Counted from the whole stretch's first letter, positions 1-10,730 are shown. The stretch: 63,935 nt of DNA, filler included, from Octopus bimaculoides (GCF_001194135.2; 8 parts of 8 records of this genome joined end to end with filler, not necessarily neighbours in it); one strand, 5' to 3'. A program made the numbers and translations. The notes: generated by a model not told the origin, from the letters alone.

Positions 1-72
1 GTTGTCTCTTGAGGTCTCTGGGTGAGACTTGGATCCAACTTGTACAAATGCAAAACAAAAGTCAAACATAAA
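1..72 (+). mobile_element. 3' terminal fragment of a non-LTR element ending in (AAT)n, probably an R4/Dong-type 3' UTR
   Basis: GAGGTCTCTGGGTGAGACTTGGA..CAACTTGTACAAAT.CAAA recurs at ~43915-43990, and both copies run straight into (AAT)n. It resembles the CCTGAGGTC..GTGACTTG 3' end of the Dong-like LINE at ~46222-46292. Confidence 0.5.
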
Positions 73-483
73 ATAATAATAATAATAATAATAATAATGA
101 TATCGATAGCAACAGCAGTAGTAGTCATTGTAGCAGTAGTAGTAACAAATATAATGACAACAACAAGAATAATAATGAAAAATGGTAATAATAATAATAA
201 TGGTGTTTTTTATATTGGCAATATGGAAAAATTCCAAAAAACATTTTAGAAAAAAAAAAAAAAATTGCGATTGTCAGATATATAAGAGTGAGAGAAAGAA
301 TTTAATTAAATTTTTTTTTTTTTTTTCTGCAGAATTGGTGGTGGTATTGGTAGAGACAATAGGGATATTTCTTGTAACCAAAGCAAACACCAGGGGTGGT
401 AAAGGAAAACAAAAATAGTAATAATAATAATAATAGTAATAATAATAATGGAAATAAAGATAATAATAATGATAATGATAACG

Positions 484-642
484 CAGGAGTGGTAGTGTGG
501 TAAGTAACTTGCTTACCAACCACATGGTTCCGGGTTCAGTCCCACTGCGTGGCACCTTGGGCAAGTGTCTTCTACTATAGCCTCGGGCCGACCAAAGCCT
601 TGTGAGTGGATTTGGTAGACGGAAACTGAAAGAAGCTCATTG

Positions 643-673
<31 letters not shown>

Positions 674-830
674 GTATCTGTGTGTCTGTGTCGGAGTTTG
701 TCCCCACCAACATCGCTTGACAACCGATGCTGGTGTGTTTATGTTCCCGTAACTTAACGGTTCGGCAAAAGAAAGACCGATAGAATAAGTACTAGGCTGA
801 AACCAGTAAAAGAGTAAAAGAGAGAGTAAA
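484..830 (+). mobile_element. tRNA-derived SINE, family A (full length, internal TA/TG microsatellite)
   Basis: A-box-like TGGTAGTGTGG and B-box-like GGTTCAGTCCC, then CCTTGGGCAAGTGTCTTCT, an internal (TA)n tract, and a 3' half ending GAGTAAAAGAG. About 20 related copies occur in the window. Confidence 0.85.
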
Positions 831-859
831 GGGAGTATAACAAGAATTTTTTGGGGTTT

Positions 860-1165
860 GGATAATTCCTCTCTGGAAACATGGGTGTTTTGTTCATCAT
901 CCTTAAACAAGCCTTATTCAGGGACCTTTTGAGTAGGATGGGCTACTTGACCTGAAGAAACTTCTAACTGGGCCCCACCTGCAAGGTCATGCGCTGTTTA
1001 TCCTGATATGAGATCACCATGTCACGCACATATGGTTGTGATGCATGTGCCTGGTGTACCCTTATCAGACAGGTGGTCATGATGGGTGTACTGGGCTTTG
1101 TATATTTGTACCCCAGTGTCACTTTGCTGGCATGCACTGCTCTGTCACTCAGTAATAATAATATT
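860..1165 (+). mobile_element. Probable retroposon 3' end terminating in (AAT)n, family unresolved
   Basis: GC-elevated non-coding block ending CTCTGTCACTCAGTAATAATAATA. It is single-copy here, so the assignment is tentative. Confidence 0.3.
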
Positions 1166-1209
1166 TTAAACCCAGTTTAAAATAGACCCACAGTGCAAGT
1201 GTTTATGGT

Positions 1210-1690
1210 GGTGGCCTTTGTGGCCAAGTGGTATACACCATAGTTCAGGGAAATAAGATCACCCGAAAGTCCTGAGTTCAGTCCCTATTAAAGGTGGCAT
1301 TTCAAAAGCAAGAGGGGGGACATTTTGGTGGTCCCTGCTGCCTTAGAGAGTCAGGAAATAATGGACTGAAATACTTGCTTGACAGGAGTTCTTTGAAGAT
1401 TTCTCCTGCTGACCCCTTGTCCTGTAGGGAGGGTCTTCACTAGCTCCTGTTATCTTCTATCTTTTACATGTTTCAGTCATTAGACTGTGGTCATGCTGGG
1501 GCAGTTCAGGGAAATTAAGATCACCTGAAAGTTCTGAGTTCATTCCCTACTCAAGATAGCATTTCAAAAGCGACAGGCGGACACCCAGGAGTCATGACAA
1601 ATATGGGCCCAGCTCCCTTAGAATGTTAGGCACTAAAGGGCTGAATGCATGCTCGGTCCACTTGCCCTGTAGCAAGTTTCCCCTTAGCAG
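1210..1690 (+). mobile_element. tRNA-derived SINE-like family E, two diverged tandem copies
   Basis: A box TGGCCAAGTGG (1221) and B box GAGTTCAGTCC (1274). The block AGTTCAGGGAAAT(T)AAGATCACC.GAAAGT.CTGAGTTCA.TCCCTA recurs at ~1242 and ~1503. Confidence 0.5.
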
Positions 1691-1813
1691 CAACAGTAAT
1701 CCTCTGTATCGACCAGACTATCAGATATCGTTATACATCGCTGGTCACAATGCACTTCCATATATATTGTTGTAGGTTTTGAACGATGACTAGGCAGGTA
1801 GCCAACATTTGCC

Positions 1814-1854
<41 letters not shown>

Positions 1855-1984
1855 TACACACATATATATATATCATCATCATCATCGTTTATATNNNNNN
1901 NNNNNNNNNNNNNNNNNNNNNNNNNNNNNNNNNNNNNNNNNNNNNNNNNNNNNNNNNTATATATATATATATATATACACACAT

Positions 1985-2190
1985 ATATATATATCATCAT
2001 CATCATCGTTTAACGTCCGCTTTCCATGCTAGCATGGGTTGGACGATTTGACTGAGGACTGGTGAAACCGGATGGCAACACCAGGCTCCAATCTAAATTT
2101 GGCAGAGTTTCTACAGCTGGATGCCCTTCCTAACGCCAACCACTCCGAGAGTGTAGTGGGTGCTTTTACGTGTCACCGGCACGAAAACGG
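1985..2190 (-). mobile_element. SINE family C with (GAT)n tail
   Basis: Minus strand ends CCAACCCATGCTAGCATGGAAAGCGGACGTTAAACGATGATGATG, with core GGCGTTAGGAAGGGCATCCAGCTGTAGAAAC. Related copies lie at ~4610-4670, 8737-8980 and ~20880-21010. Confidence 0.8.
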
Positions 2191-2342
2191 CACAAAAATG
2201 GGGAAGACTGGTTTATGGGACTACCTTATGTTTCCCATCCATAAAGGGTTAGGGTTTACGGCATATCATCAGATCCCCAAAACCTGTTGACCCATGACCT
2301 CTTAAAAATAGGGGAGGCAATGTCTCACTACTCAAAGAGTAT

Positions 2343-2376
<34 letters not shown>

Positions 2377-2503
2377 TACTCTTTCACTCATTTTAGCCTT
2401 GCGGCTGTGGTCATGCTGGAGCACCACCATGGTCTTACTGATTCCCTCAGTCTGGGCTGTTTCCCATCATCACACCTGTATGTGCCTTTGTCCCATTTGA
2501 TGT

Positions 2504-2888
2504 GTAGTGACCCCTTATTGCAGACGACTGTTACATGTTCAATGTCCGGAGTTTTATCCATGCATGCGCAGGGACTAGTTCCGGAAGGAACACGAGAAGA
2601 GTCTCATGCGCATGCGTACAGTTCGACACCCAGCTTTGGCGCCTTTTCTTAGTCTCTTCATTGACTGATCTCCGTCGAGCCAACAGAGCTCTCTCACATG
2701 TCAGCACCAGAGCTTCACAAATAACCACGGAAATCATTCAGGAGGCATCTCAGTAACCGAGGGCGACGAGCTACCGAATTCCCTCCAAGCGTGAACTGAA
2801 TTCCACTGTAAATAAATATTGTTATGTTGTTCAGAATCTGCGTTCCGTTGTTTCTTCTAGAAATTTAAGGTACGGAAGCGGTGTACAC
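2504..2888 (+). mobile_element. Putative solo LTR (end hidden by gap)
   Basis: Starts TGTAGTGACC, is CpG-rich relative to its flanks, has AATAAA at ~2811 followed by a GT-rich tract, and ends ...GGTGTACAC at an N gap. No internal domain is seen. Confidence 0.35.
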
Positions 2889-3063
2889 NNNNNNNNNNNN
2901 NNNNNNNNNNNNNNNNNNNNNNNNNNNNNNNNNNNNNNNNNNNNNNNNNNNNNNNNNNNNNNNNNNNNNNNNNNNNNNNNNNNNNNNNNNNNNNNNNNNN
3001 NNNNNNNNNNNNNNNNNNNNNNNNNNNNNNNNNNNNNNNNNNNNNNNNNNNNNNNNNNNNNNN

Positions 3064-3226
3064 TATATAGGAGTAGCTGTGCGGTAAGAAGCCTGCTTCC
3101 CAGCCACATGGTTCCAGGTTCAGTCCCACTGCATGCCACCTTGGGCAAGTGTCTTCTACTATAGCCTTGGGCCGACCAAAGCCTTGTGAGTGGACTTGGT
3201 AGATGGAAACTGAAAGAAGCCCGTCG

Positions 3227-3279
<53 letters not shown>

Positions 3280-3490
3280 TCATGTGCCTGTGTTTATCCC
3301 CCCACCATCACTTGATAACCGATGTTGGTGTGTTTACGTCCCTGTAACTTAGCAGTTCAGCAAAAGAGACTAACAGAATCAGTACTAGGCTTACAAAGAA
3401 TAAGTCCTGGGGGTCGATTCATTCAACTAAAGGCAGTGCTCCAGCATGACCACAGTCAAGTGACTGAAACCAGTAAAAGAATAAAAGAAA
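3064..3490 (+). mobile_element. SINE family A, full length
   Basis: Head, internal (TA)n/(TATG)n tract and 3' half match the copy at 484-830. Confidence 0.85.
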
Positions 3491-3521
<31 letters not shown>

Positions 3522-3989
3522 CACACACATATATATATACAATATATTCATATATATATACAGGGTAAAATGCTTGAGACCCTGAGATACCTGCTGATGA
3601 TACGGACATCACAGTGGACTCAGAAGAGCTACCAGTATCTTTGGGTTGCTCCTACAGATTCCGCTGAGGCACAAAGCATCTCTGATGCTTAATTCCCTTT
3701 CAGCCCTGTTGGGCCTTATTCAAGGAAAGGAGCAGAGAAAGTGGGGGTGAATATGTTTAAGAATAAATAATGATTGAGGCACTGAAAACTGAAATAGATG
3801 CATGAAGTTGTTTAGCTGTTCAGCAGACTGATATGATCCAAAACACTCATTATAACCCATCACCTTTTTTTTTATTCCAAGGCAGTCCAACCATGGCCAT
3901 CACATCTGTGTTATTTTTTTATATTCAGACAGCAAAGACTGTATTGGTCAATGTGTCAATTTCCTTCACATCACTTTCTTTTCTTTTTT

Positions 3990-4140
3990 GGCTGTGTGGT
4001 TAGGAAGCCTGCTTCTCAACCACATGGTTCCCGGTTCGGTCCCACTACATGGAACCTTGGGCAAGTGTCTTCTACTACAGCCTCGGGCCGACCAAAGCCT
4101 TGTGATTGAATTTGGTAGGCAGAAGTTCTCGTTGTGTGTG
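3990..4140 (+). mobile_element. SINE family A, 5' half
   Basis: TGGCTGTGTGGTTAGGAAGC...GGTTCGGTCCCACT...CCTTGGGCAAGTGTC. Confidence 0.8.
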
Positions 4141-4199
4141 TACATGTGTATGGAAGTACTTGTATCACATAACAGGGAGAAGAGTAAGCTGTAGTTTGA

Positions 4200-4600
4200 G
4201 AAATCGAGTGACCCTTATCGGTGTGGGGAAAAGGTGACCCTGAATTCAGTACAAATGGAGAGGCCCTTACTAGATTTCAGTGCTGGAAACGGACTCACGA
4301 TAACCAACCCCTTCTTCTAACACAGAGCTATCTATAAGTAGGCCTGATATAGGGATACTCAGCGGGTAGAGTTCATTGATCGGCATTGTTATCATGTTAT
4401 CATCTCAGACCTCTTTGACTCTGTACTGGACGTTTGTGTAAAAAGAAGGGGGGGTGGCAGAGTTTTTAACCCATCACCACTCAGTGGTCGACAAAGCAGA
4501 GACTAATCACAGCCAGGAGAACTCAATACTTTTTAATCTAGTGTTGACTGATAGGATAAAGTGGGAAGCCCCGGTGGATGATGGGACCGGAAACAAATAT
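4200..4600 (+). mobile_element. RTE-clade LINE, degenerate AP endonuclease fragment (Rex3/Expander-like)
   Basis: Frameshifted translation ...NGEAL-(L)DFSAGNGLTITNPFF*HRAIYK...SDLFDSVLDVCVKRRGVAEFLTHHHSVV matches the RTE APE motif NG..LLDFC..N.L.ITNT.F.H...TDHHLVV. Confidence 0.7.
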
Positions 4601-4754
4601 GCAGATACTCATCATCATCATCATTTAATGTCCGTTGTCCATACTGGCATGGATTGGATGGTTTCACCAGGGCTAGTGGGTAGGGATGACAGTTAAGTGT
4701 TGCGAAGACTGAGACATTGGTCCTCTCGACAAAGTCTTCCCAATTTTACTCTGT

Positions 4755-5130
4755 ATGTTACTCTTTTACTTGTTTCAGTCATTTGACTGCGGCCATGCTG
4801 GAGCACCGCCTTTAGTTGAGTAAAATCGACCCCAGGACTTATTATTGGTTAAGCCTAGTACTTATTCTATCGGGCTCTTTTTTCCGAACCGCTAAGTTAC
4901 GGGGACGTAAACACACCAGCATCGGTTGTCAAGTGATGGTGGGGGGACAAACACAGACACACACACACATATATATATAGATATATACGACAGGCTTCTT
5001 TCAGTTTCCGCCTACCAAATCCACTCACAAGGCTTTGGTCGGCCTGAGGCTATAGTAGAAGACACTTGCCCAAGGTGCCACGCAGTGGGACTGAACCCGG
5101 AACCATGTGGTTGGTAAGCAAGCTACTTAC
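4755..5130 (-). mobile_element. SINE family A, full length
   Basis: Reverse complement of the family A consensus, inserted between two RTE fragments. Confidence 0.85.
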
Positions 5131-5134
5131 CTCA

Positions 5135-5770
5135 CAGCGGAACATCACTGAGACAAGTGAAGAAGTTAAGTACCTTGAGGTCATATTCATGGGTGATGAG
5201 AAGCAAGAGGCTGAATTGGATGCTAGAGTTGCGGGGGCTTGTATAAGAATGCATCAGCTTCAGCATTCTGTCCTCAGAAGCGAGGTTGGTAAGAAAGCCA
5301 AACTGATTTTCTGCAGTTTGGTTTTCCTGTCTATCCTCACCTGTGATCATAAATGTTGGGCAATGATCGAAAGAGTACAATCACACAAATACAAGCAGCT
5401 GAGATGAGGTTTCTTCAAAGGACCTCTGGAATAACGGTACTCAACAGAGTGTGTAGTTCTGAGATCAAGGAGTCTCTCCAGGTCAAGCCCCCCTCCACCC
5501 AAATTCTCTGCACTGAGAAGTCACACCTCTAGATATGATTAGTACACCACAGGGAAGAATTGCAAGATGGATTCTTCAATCTGAGCTGATTGGTAGGGGA
5601 GCTAGGAATAGACCAAGATTAAGATGGTCGGGTAACATCCATATTTCATTTGGTTAGACTTTGAAATCCAGCCAGAAAGTCTAATGACAGATGATTATGA
5701 AAGGACCTTACGGAGGAGGTATCCCAGGACTCTACCGACCCACCCAAGAATAATGAGCATAAAAAATAGG
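5135..5770 (+). mobile_element. RTE-clade LINE, C-terminal RT/thumb region and 3' UTR (Rex3/Expander-like)
   Basis: EEVKYLEVIF...EAELDARVAGAC..MHQLQHSVLRSEVGKKAKLIF...LTCDHKCWAMIERVQS...QAAEMRFLQR...RNRPRLRW matches RTE motifs FKYLG...LTYGHE.W...QAAEMRFLR...GRPR.RW. Confidence 0.8.
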
Positions 5771-5849
5771 TGGAGGTAAAAATAACAACAAAGTACCAGT
5801 AATATTGTGGGTTGAATACAGTTAACTCGAAACCCCACCTCCACCAAAT

Positions 5850-6062
5850 TAAATCATTAGCTTGTTAATTAACATGCTGGACAAAAAAATGCTTCGTAGA
5901 GTTTCTGTTGGCTCTTTATGTTCTGAGTTCAAATTCTGTTGAGGTCGACTTTGCCTTTCATCCTTTCTGGGTCGATAAATTAAGTACCAGTTGTGTACTG
6001 GAGTCAATCATCAACTAGCCCCCTCTTCCAAAATTTCAGGCCTTGTGCCTATAGTAGAAAGG

Positions 6063-6097
<35 letters not shown>

Positions 6098-7123
6098 CAT
6101 TATTATTCAGGCCTTTCATCCATTCAAGGCCAATTAAATAAATACCAGTTATGCACTGGGGTCGATGTAATTGACTTAATCCCCTCCCTCAAGCTGCCCT
6201 TGTGGCAAAAATTTAAAATCACCATTATTATTATTATTAAGGCGACGAGCTGGCAGAAACGTTAGCACGCCGGGCGAAATGCTTAGTGGTATTTTGTCTG
6301 CCGTTACGTTCTGAGTTCAAATTCTGCCGAGGTCGACTTTGCCTTTCATCCTTTCGGGGTCGATAAATTAACAACCAGTTACGCACTGGGGTCGATGTAA
6401 TCGACTTAATCTATCTCTTTGCCTGTCCTTGTTTGTCCCCCTCTATGTTTAGCCCCTTGTGGGCAATAAAGAAATAAGAAACGTTAGCATGCCGGGTGAA
6501 ATTCTTAGCGGTATTTTAAATAGCCGCTACATTCTGAGTTCAAATCCCGCCGAGGTCGTCTTTGCCTTTCATCCTTTCGGGGGTCCATAAAATAAGTACC
6601 AGTTAAGTGCTGGGGGTCGATGTAATCAACTAGCTCCCTTCCCGCCAAAATTTTCAAGGGTTTGTGCCTACAGTAGAAATTATAAGGTGGTAAGCTGGCA
6701 GAAACATTAGCAACCCAGGCGAAATGCTTAGTGGTATTTTGTCTGTCTTTACATTCTGAGTTCAAATCCCGCCAAGGTCGTCTTTGCCTTTCATCCTTTC
6801 GGGGTCGATTAAATAAGTACTAGTTACGCACTGGGGTCAATATAATCGACTTAGTCCATTTGTCTGTCCCCCTCTGTGTGTTGCCCCTTGTGGGCAGTAA
6901 AGAAATAAGAGACATTAGCACACCAGGCGAAGTTTTTAATGGTATTTCGTTCTGTCTTTACGTTCTGAGTCGACTTTGCCTTTCATCCTTTCAGGGTCGA
7001 TAAATTAAGTACCAGTTGTGTATTGGGGGTCGATCTAATCCACTGGTCCCCTCCCTCAAAATTTCGGGCCTTGTGCCTATCCTCCTCCCCCAATTTTCAG
7101 GCTTCGTGCCTATAGTAGAAAGG

Positions 7124-7170
<47 letters not shown>

Positions 7171-7385
7171 CGGTGGTGAGCTGCTGGCTAAATGCTAAGC
7201 GGCAGTTTGTCTGTCTGTCTTCACATTCTGAGTTCAAATTCCACTGTGGTTGGCTTTGTCTTTCATCCTTTCCCGGGGGTCAATAAAAAAAAATACCAGT
7301 TGAATACTAGGGGGGGGTCGATGCTGTCGATTTTACCCCCTCTCCGAAATTGCTGACCTTGTGCCAAAAATTTGAAATCATCATC
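5850..7385 (+). mobile_element. Head-to-tail array of about seven SINE family B units (two dimers plus monomers) separated by (ATT)n
   Basis: Repeated A-box-like TGGCAGAAACGTTAG, B-box-like GAGTTCAAATTCC, and core GTCGACTTTGCCTTTCATCCTTTCGGGGTCGATAAATTAAGTACCAG. Units at ~5850, 6107, 6238, 6478, 6686, 6910 and 7171. Confidence 0.9.
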
Positions 7386-7484
7386 ATCATTATTATTATT
7401 ATCATTATTATTATTATTATCATTATTATTATTATTATTATTATTATCATTATTATCATTATTATTATTATTATCATTATTATT

Positions 7485-7812
7485 TTTACTTGTTTCAGTC
7501 ATTTGACTGTGGCCATGCTGGAGCACCGCCTTTAGTCGAGCAAATTGACCCCAGGACTTATTCTTTGCAAGCCTAGTACTTATTCTATCGGTCTCTTTTG
7601 TGAAACCACTAAGTTACGGGAACATAAACACAACAACAGTGGTTATCAAGCAATGGTAGGGGGGGGACAAACACAGACACACAAATACATAAATACACAC
7701 ACACGACAGGCTTCTTTCAGCTTCTGTCTACCAAATCCACTCACAAGGATTTGGTCAGCCAGAGGCTATAGAAGAAGACTGAACCCAGAACCATGTGGTT
7801 GGGAAGCAAGCT
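7485..7812 (-). mobile_element. SINE family A, head truncated by a SINE B insertion
   Basis: Reverse complement of the family A 3' half and part of the 5' half. Confidence 0.8.
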
Positions 7813-8051
7813 TCTTATTTCTTTATTGCCCACAAGGGGCTAAACATAGAGGGGGACAAACAAGGACAGACAAAGGGATTAAGTCGATTACATCGACCCC
7901 AGTGCGTAACTGGTACTTAATTTATCGACCCCCGAAAGGATGAAACGCAAAGTCGACCTTGGCGGAATTTGAACTCAGAATGTAACGGCAGACGAAATAC
8001 CGCTAAGCATTTCGTCCGGTGTGCTAACGTTTCTGCCAGCCCACCGCCTTC
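7813..8051 (-). mobile_element. SINE family B monomer with Tx1-like tail
   Basis: Near-perfect reverse complement of the 6238-6478 unit, including the tail TTTGTCCCCCTCTATGTTTAGCCCCTTGTGGGCAATAAAGAAATAAG. Confidence 0.9.
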
Positions 8052-8499
8052 NNNNNNNNNNNNNNNNNNNNNNNNNNNNNNNNNNNNNNNNNNNNNNNNN
8101 NNNNNNNNNNNNNNNNNNNNNNNNNNNNNNNNNNNNNNNNNNNNNNNNNNNNNNNNNNNNNNNNNNNNNNNNNNNNNNNNNNNNNNNNNNNNNNNNNNNN
8201 NNNNNNNNNNNNNNNNNNNNNNNNNNNNNNNNNNNNNNNNNNNNNNNNNNNNNNNNNNNNNNNNNNNNNNNNNNNNNNNNNNNNNNNNNNNNNNNNNNNN
8301 NNNNNNNNNNNNNNNNNNNNNNNNNNNNNNNNNNNNNNNNNNNNNNNNNNNNNNNNNNNNNNNNNNNNNNNNNNNNNNNNNNNNNNNNNNNNNNNNNNNN
8401 NNNNNNNNNNNNNNNNNNNNNNNNNNNNNNNNNNNNNNNNNNNNNNNNNNNNNNNNNNNNNNNNNNNNNNNNNNNNNNNNNNNNNNNNNNNNNNNNNNC

Positions 8500-8576
8500 T
8501 TATTTTATTAACCCTGAAAGAATGAAAGGCAAAGTTTACCTTGGCGGTATTTGAGCATTTTCCCTGATACGCTAAC

Positions 8577-8609
<33 letters not shown>

Positions 8610-8735
8610 TGTAATAATAATAATAATGACTTCAAATTTTGACACAAGGCCTGAAATTTTTTGGGGAAGGGGCTAAGTTGATTACATCGACCCCAATGTT
8701 GGTACTTAATTTTTCAATCCCGGAAGGATAAAAAG
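8500..8735 (-). mobile_element. SINE family B fragments
   Basis: GAAAGAATGAAAGGCAAAG and ...ACAAGGCCTGAAATTT...GATTACATCGACCCC match the family B core and tail in reverse. Confidence 0.7.
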
Positions 8736-8736
8736 C

Positions 8737-8980
8737 ACCATCCGAAAACGTGATCAATGCCAGGGCCGCCTGACTGGCCCCTGTGCTGGTGGCACGTAAA
8801 AAAGCACCCACTACACTCTTCTAGGAGTGGTTGGCGTTAGGAAGGGCATCCGGCTGTGGAAACATTGCCAGATCAGACTGGAGCCTGGTGTAGCCTTCTG
8901 GCTCACCAGTCCTCAATCAGACCGTTCAAACCATGCCAGCATGGAAAGTGGACGTTAAACGACAATGATGATGATGATGA
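8737..8980 (+). mobile_element. SINE family C with (GAT)n tail
   Basis: GGCGTTAGGAAGGGCATCCGGCTG core and CCATGCCAGCATGGAAAGTGGACGTTAAACGACAATGATGATG end. Confidence 0.8.
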
Positions 8981-9183
8981 TATATACGCACACATGCGCA
9001 TGTAGATATATATATATACATACACAGATACATATACACCCTCACTCCCATATATTAGCGATAGTAATATATATATATATATTATGTAAAACCAAAAGGA
9101 ATATTGTCTCTCAGTCTTTCAGCTTTTAACAAGACAAAAAAAAAAAAAAAAAAAAAANNNNNNNNNNNNNNNNNNNNNNNNNN

Positions 9184-9235
<52 letters not shown>

Positions 9236-9946
9236 ATATATATTAATAATTATAACAAGAGATTGGCTGTAAGCCTCTCCACACGCTAGAAAAATAGACG
9301 CCATTACTGCGTGGACAGGCTCATAGCCAATCCCTTGTTATATTTATTAACATATTTGTAAAATTTACCTATAAGGTTTTTATTTCTGCGTTGACCCCTT
9401 GGTAAAACCAATAATGATTTTTACCCCTTATTATATATATATTTTGTTTTTGGATTTGGTTTGCAGGATTCTTTATGTGAGTTTGTGTGTTGAAGCGTAT
9501 TCTGTTGTCTGGGGAGAGTCATTCTCTTTTGGTGCCTTATAATTTAACACACAAAGTTCTTTATCATTATTAGTAGTAGTAGTATTGTTATTATTACCAC
9601 TACCACCACCACCACCACCACTGGAACAAATCTGCAATATAACCGTTTAAAAAAAACAAAAAAAAAAAACAAAACATTAATTATTCTCTCTCCAATTTAC
9701 AAGCGAAATATTGTCGACAACACAAAAAGTGAAAGAAATATATTGAATAACGACAATTTAGATTTGTTATCAATGTTTTTTTGGGGGCCATACATACATA
9801 CATATATATGTATGTATACACATGAATGTGCATACATGTGTGTGTGTGTTTGTGTATGTGGATGTATAGACAGGCACCCAAAAGTAAATAGACACTATTT
9901 TTCGAAAGATCTATTTCTAGCAGGAACCAATGCCATTTGATCCCTT

Positions 9947-10160
9947 TAATCCCCTAACTTGCAGGATTCCTCTGTAAGAGTGTAATGCTTAGAATTAATC
10001 CTGGGTTATCTCCTAGCTTTGAGAGTTTGATAATTGATTGTTTATTTTCAGAACGGCATTGCAGGACGGGTGTGAGAGATGAGATCTGGCCACATTGGAC
10101 ATAAAAGAGGTGGAATACTTTGAACTGGAAACGGCCAGTTTAAATGCTTAAAGGGTCAAT
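9947..10160. mobile_element. Degenerate piggyBac-like MITE
   Basis: Ends resemble TTAA-CCCTTTAGCATT inverted termini (left TTAATCCCCTAACTTGCA, right AATGCTTAAAGGGTCAA). The match is imperfect. Confidence 0.35.
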
Positions 10161-10730
10161 TACTCAAGCTAGAATCTAATAAAGATGTCTTTGTACAGAT
10201 TTCAATGATTTAAACCATCCGGGAACCAGAACAATGTATAATGTTTACACAAATCAAACAATAAAGCGTCTATTTACTTTTGGGCTGCCTGTGTTGTCAG
10301 ATAAATCTGCTTGTTACTTTCGAATGTTATTTAAATTAAAATGAAAGATTTTTTTTTTAATCTTAGTCTTTTATGGTGCTCTTTACAGCATTTTGGTTAT
10401 CGATTTTGAAATTAGAATAAATTTGACCTCTTTTCAATCATATTGNNNNNNNNNNNNNNNNNNNNNNNNNNNNNNNNNNNNNNNNNNNNNNNNNNNNNNN
10501 NNNNNNNNNNNNNNNNNNNNNNNNNNNNNNNNNNNNNNNNNNNNNNNNNNNNNNNNNNNNNNNNNNNNNNNNNNNNNNNNNNNNNNNNNNNNNNNNNNNN
10601 NNNNNNNNNNNNNNNNNNNNNNNNNNNNNNNNNNNNNNNNNNNNNNNNNNNNNNNNNNNNNNNNNNNNNNNNNNNNNNNNNNNNNNNNNNNNNNNNNNNN
10701 NNNNNNNNNNNNNNNNNNNNNNNNNNNNNN

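Noticed and set aside
484-560. tRNA-like sequences in SINE heads
   Set aside because: A and B boxes are present, but I could not form a full cloverleaf or find a terminator, and each is attached to a SINE body. Not called as tRNA genes.
1806-2010. Apparent duplication of (TA)n-CACACA-(CAT)n-CGTTT on both sides of a gap
   Set aside because: Typical unmerged contig overlap at a microsatellite; most likely one locus.
3585-3620. ADDTDI resembling an RT YADD motif
   Set aside because: An isolated hexapeptide without flanking RT motifs.
6238-7170. Regularly recurring ~220-bp units, superficially like a CRISPR array or satellite
   Set aside because: The units have Pol III boxes and occur dispersed in both orientations elsewhere, so they are SINEs. 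There is no repeat-spacer structure.
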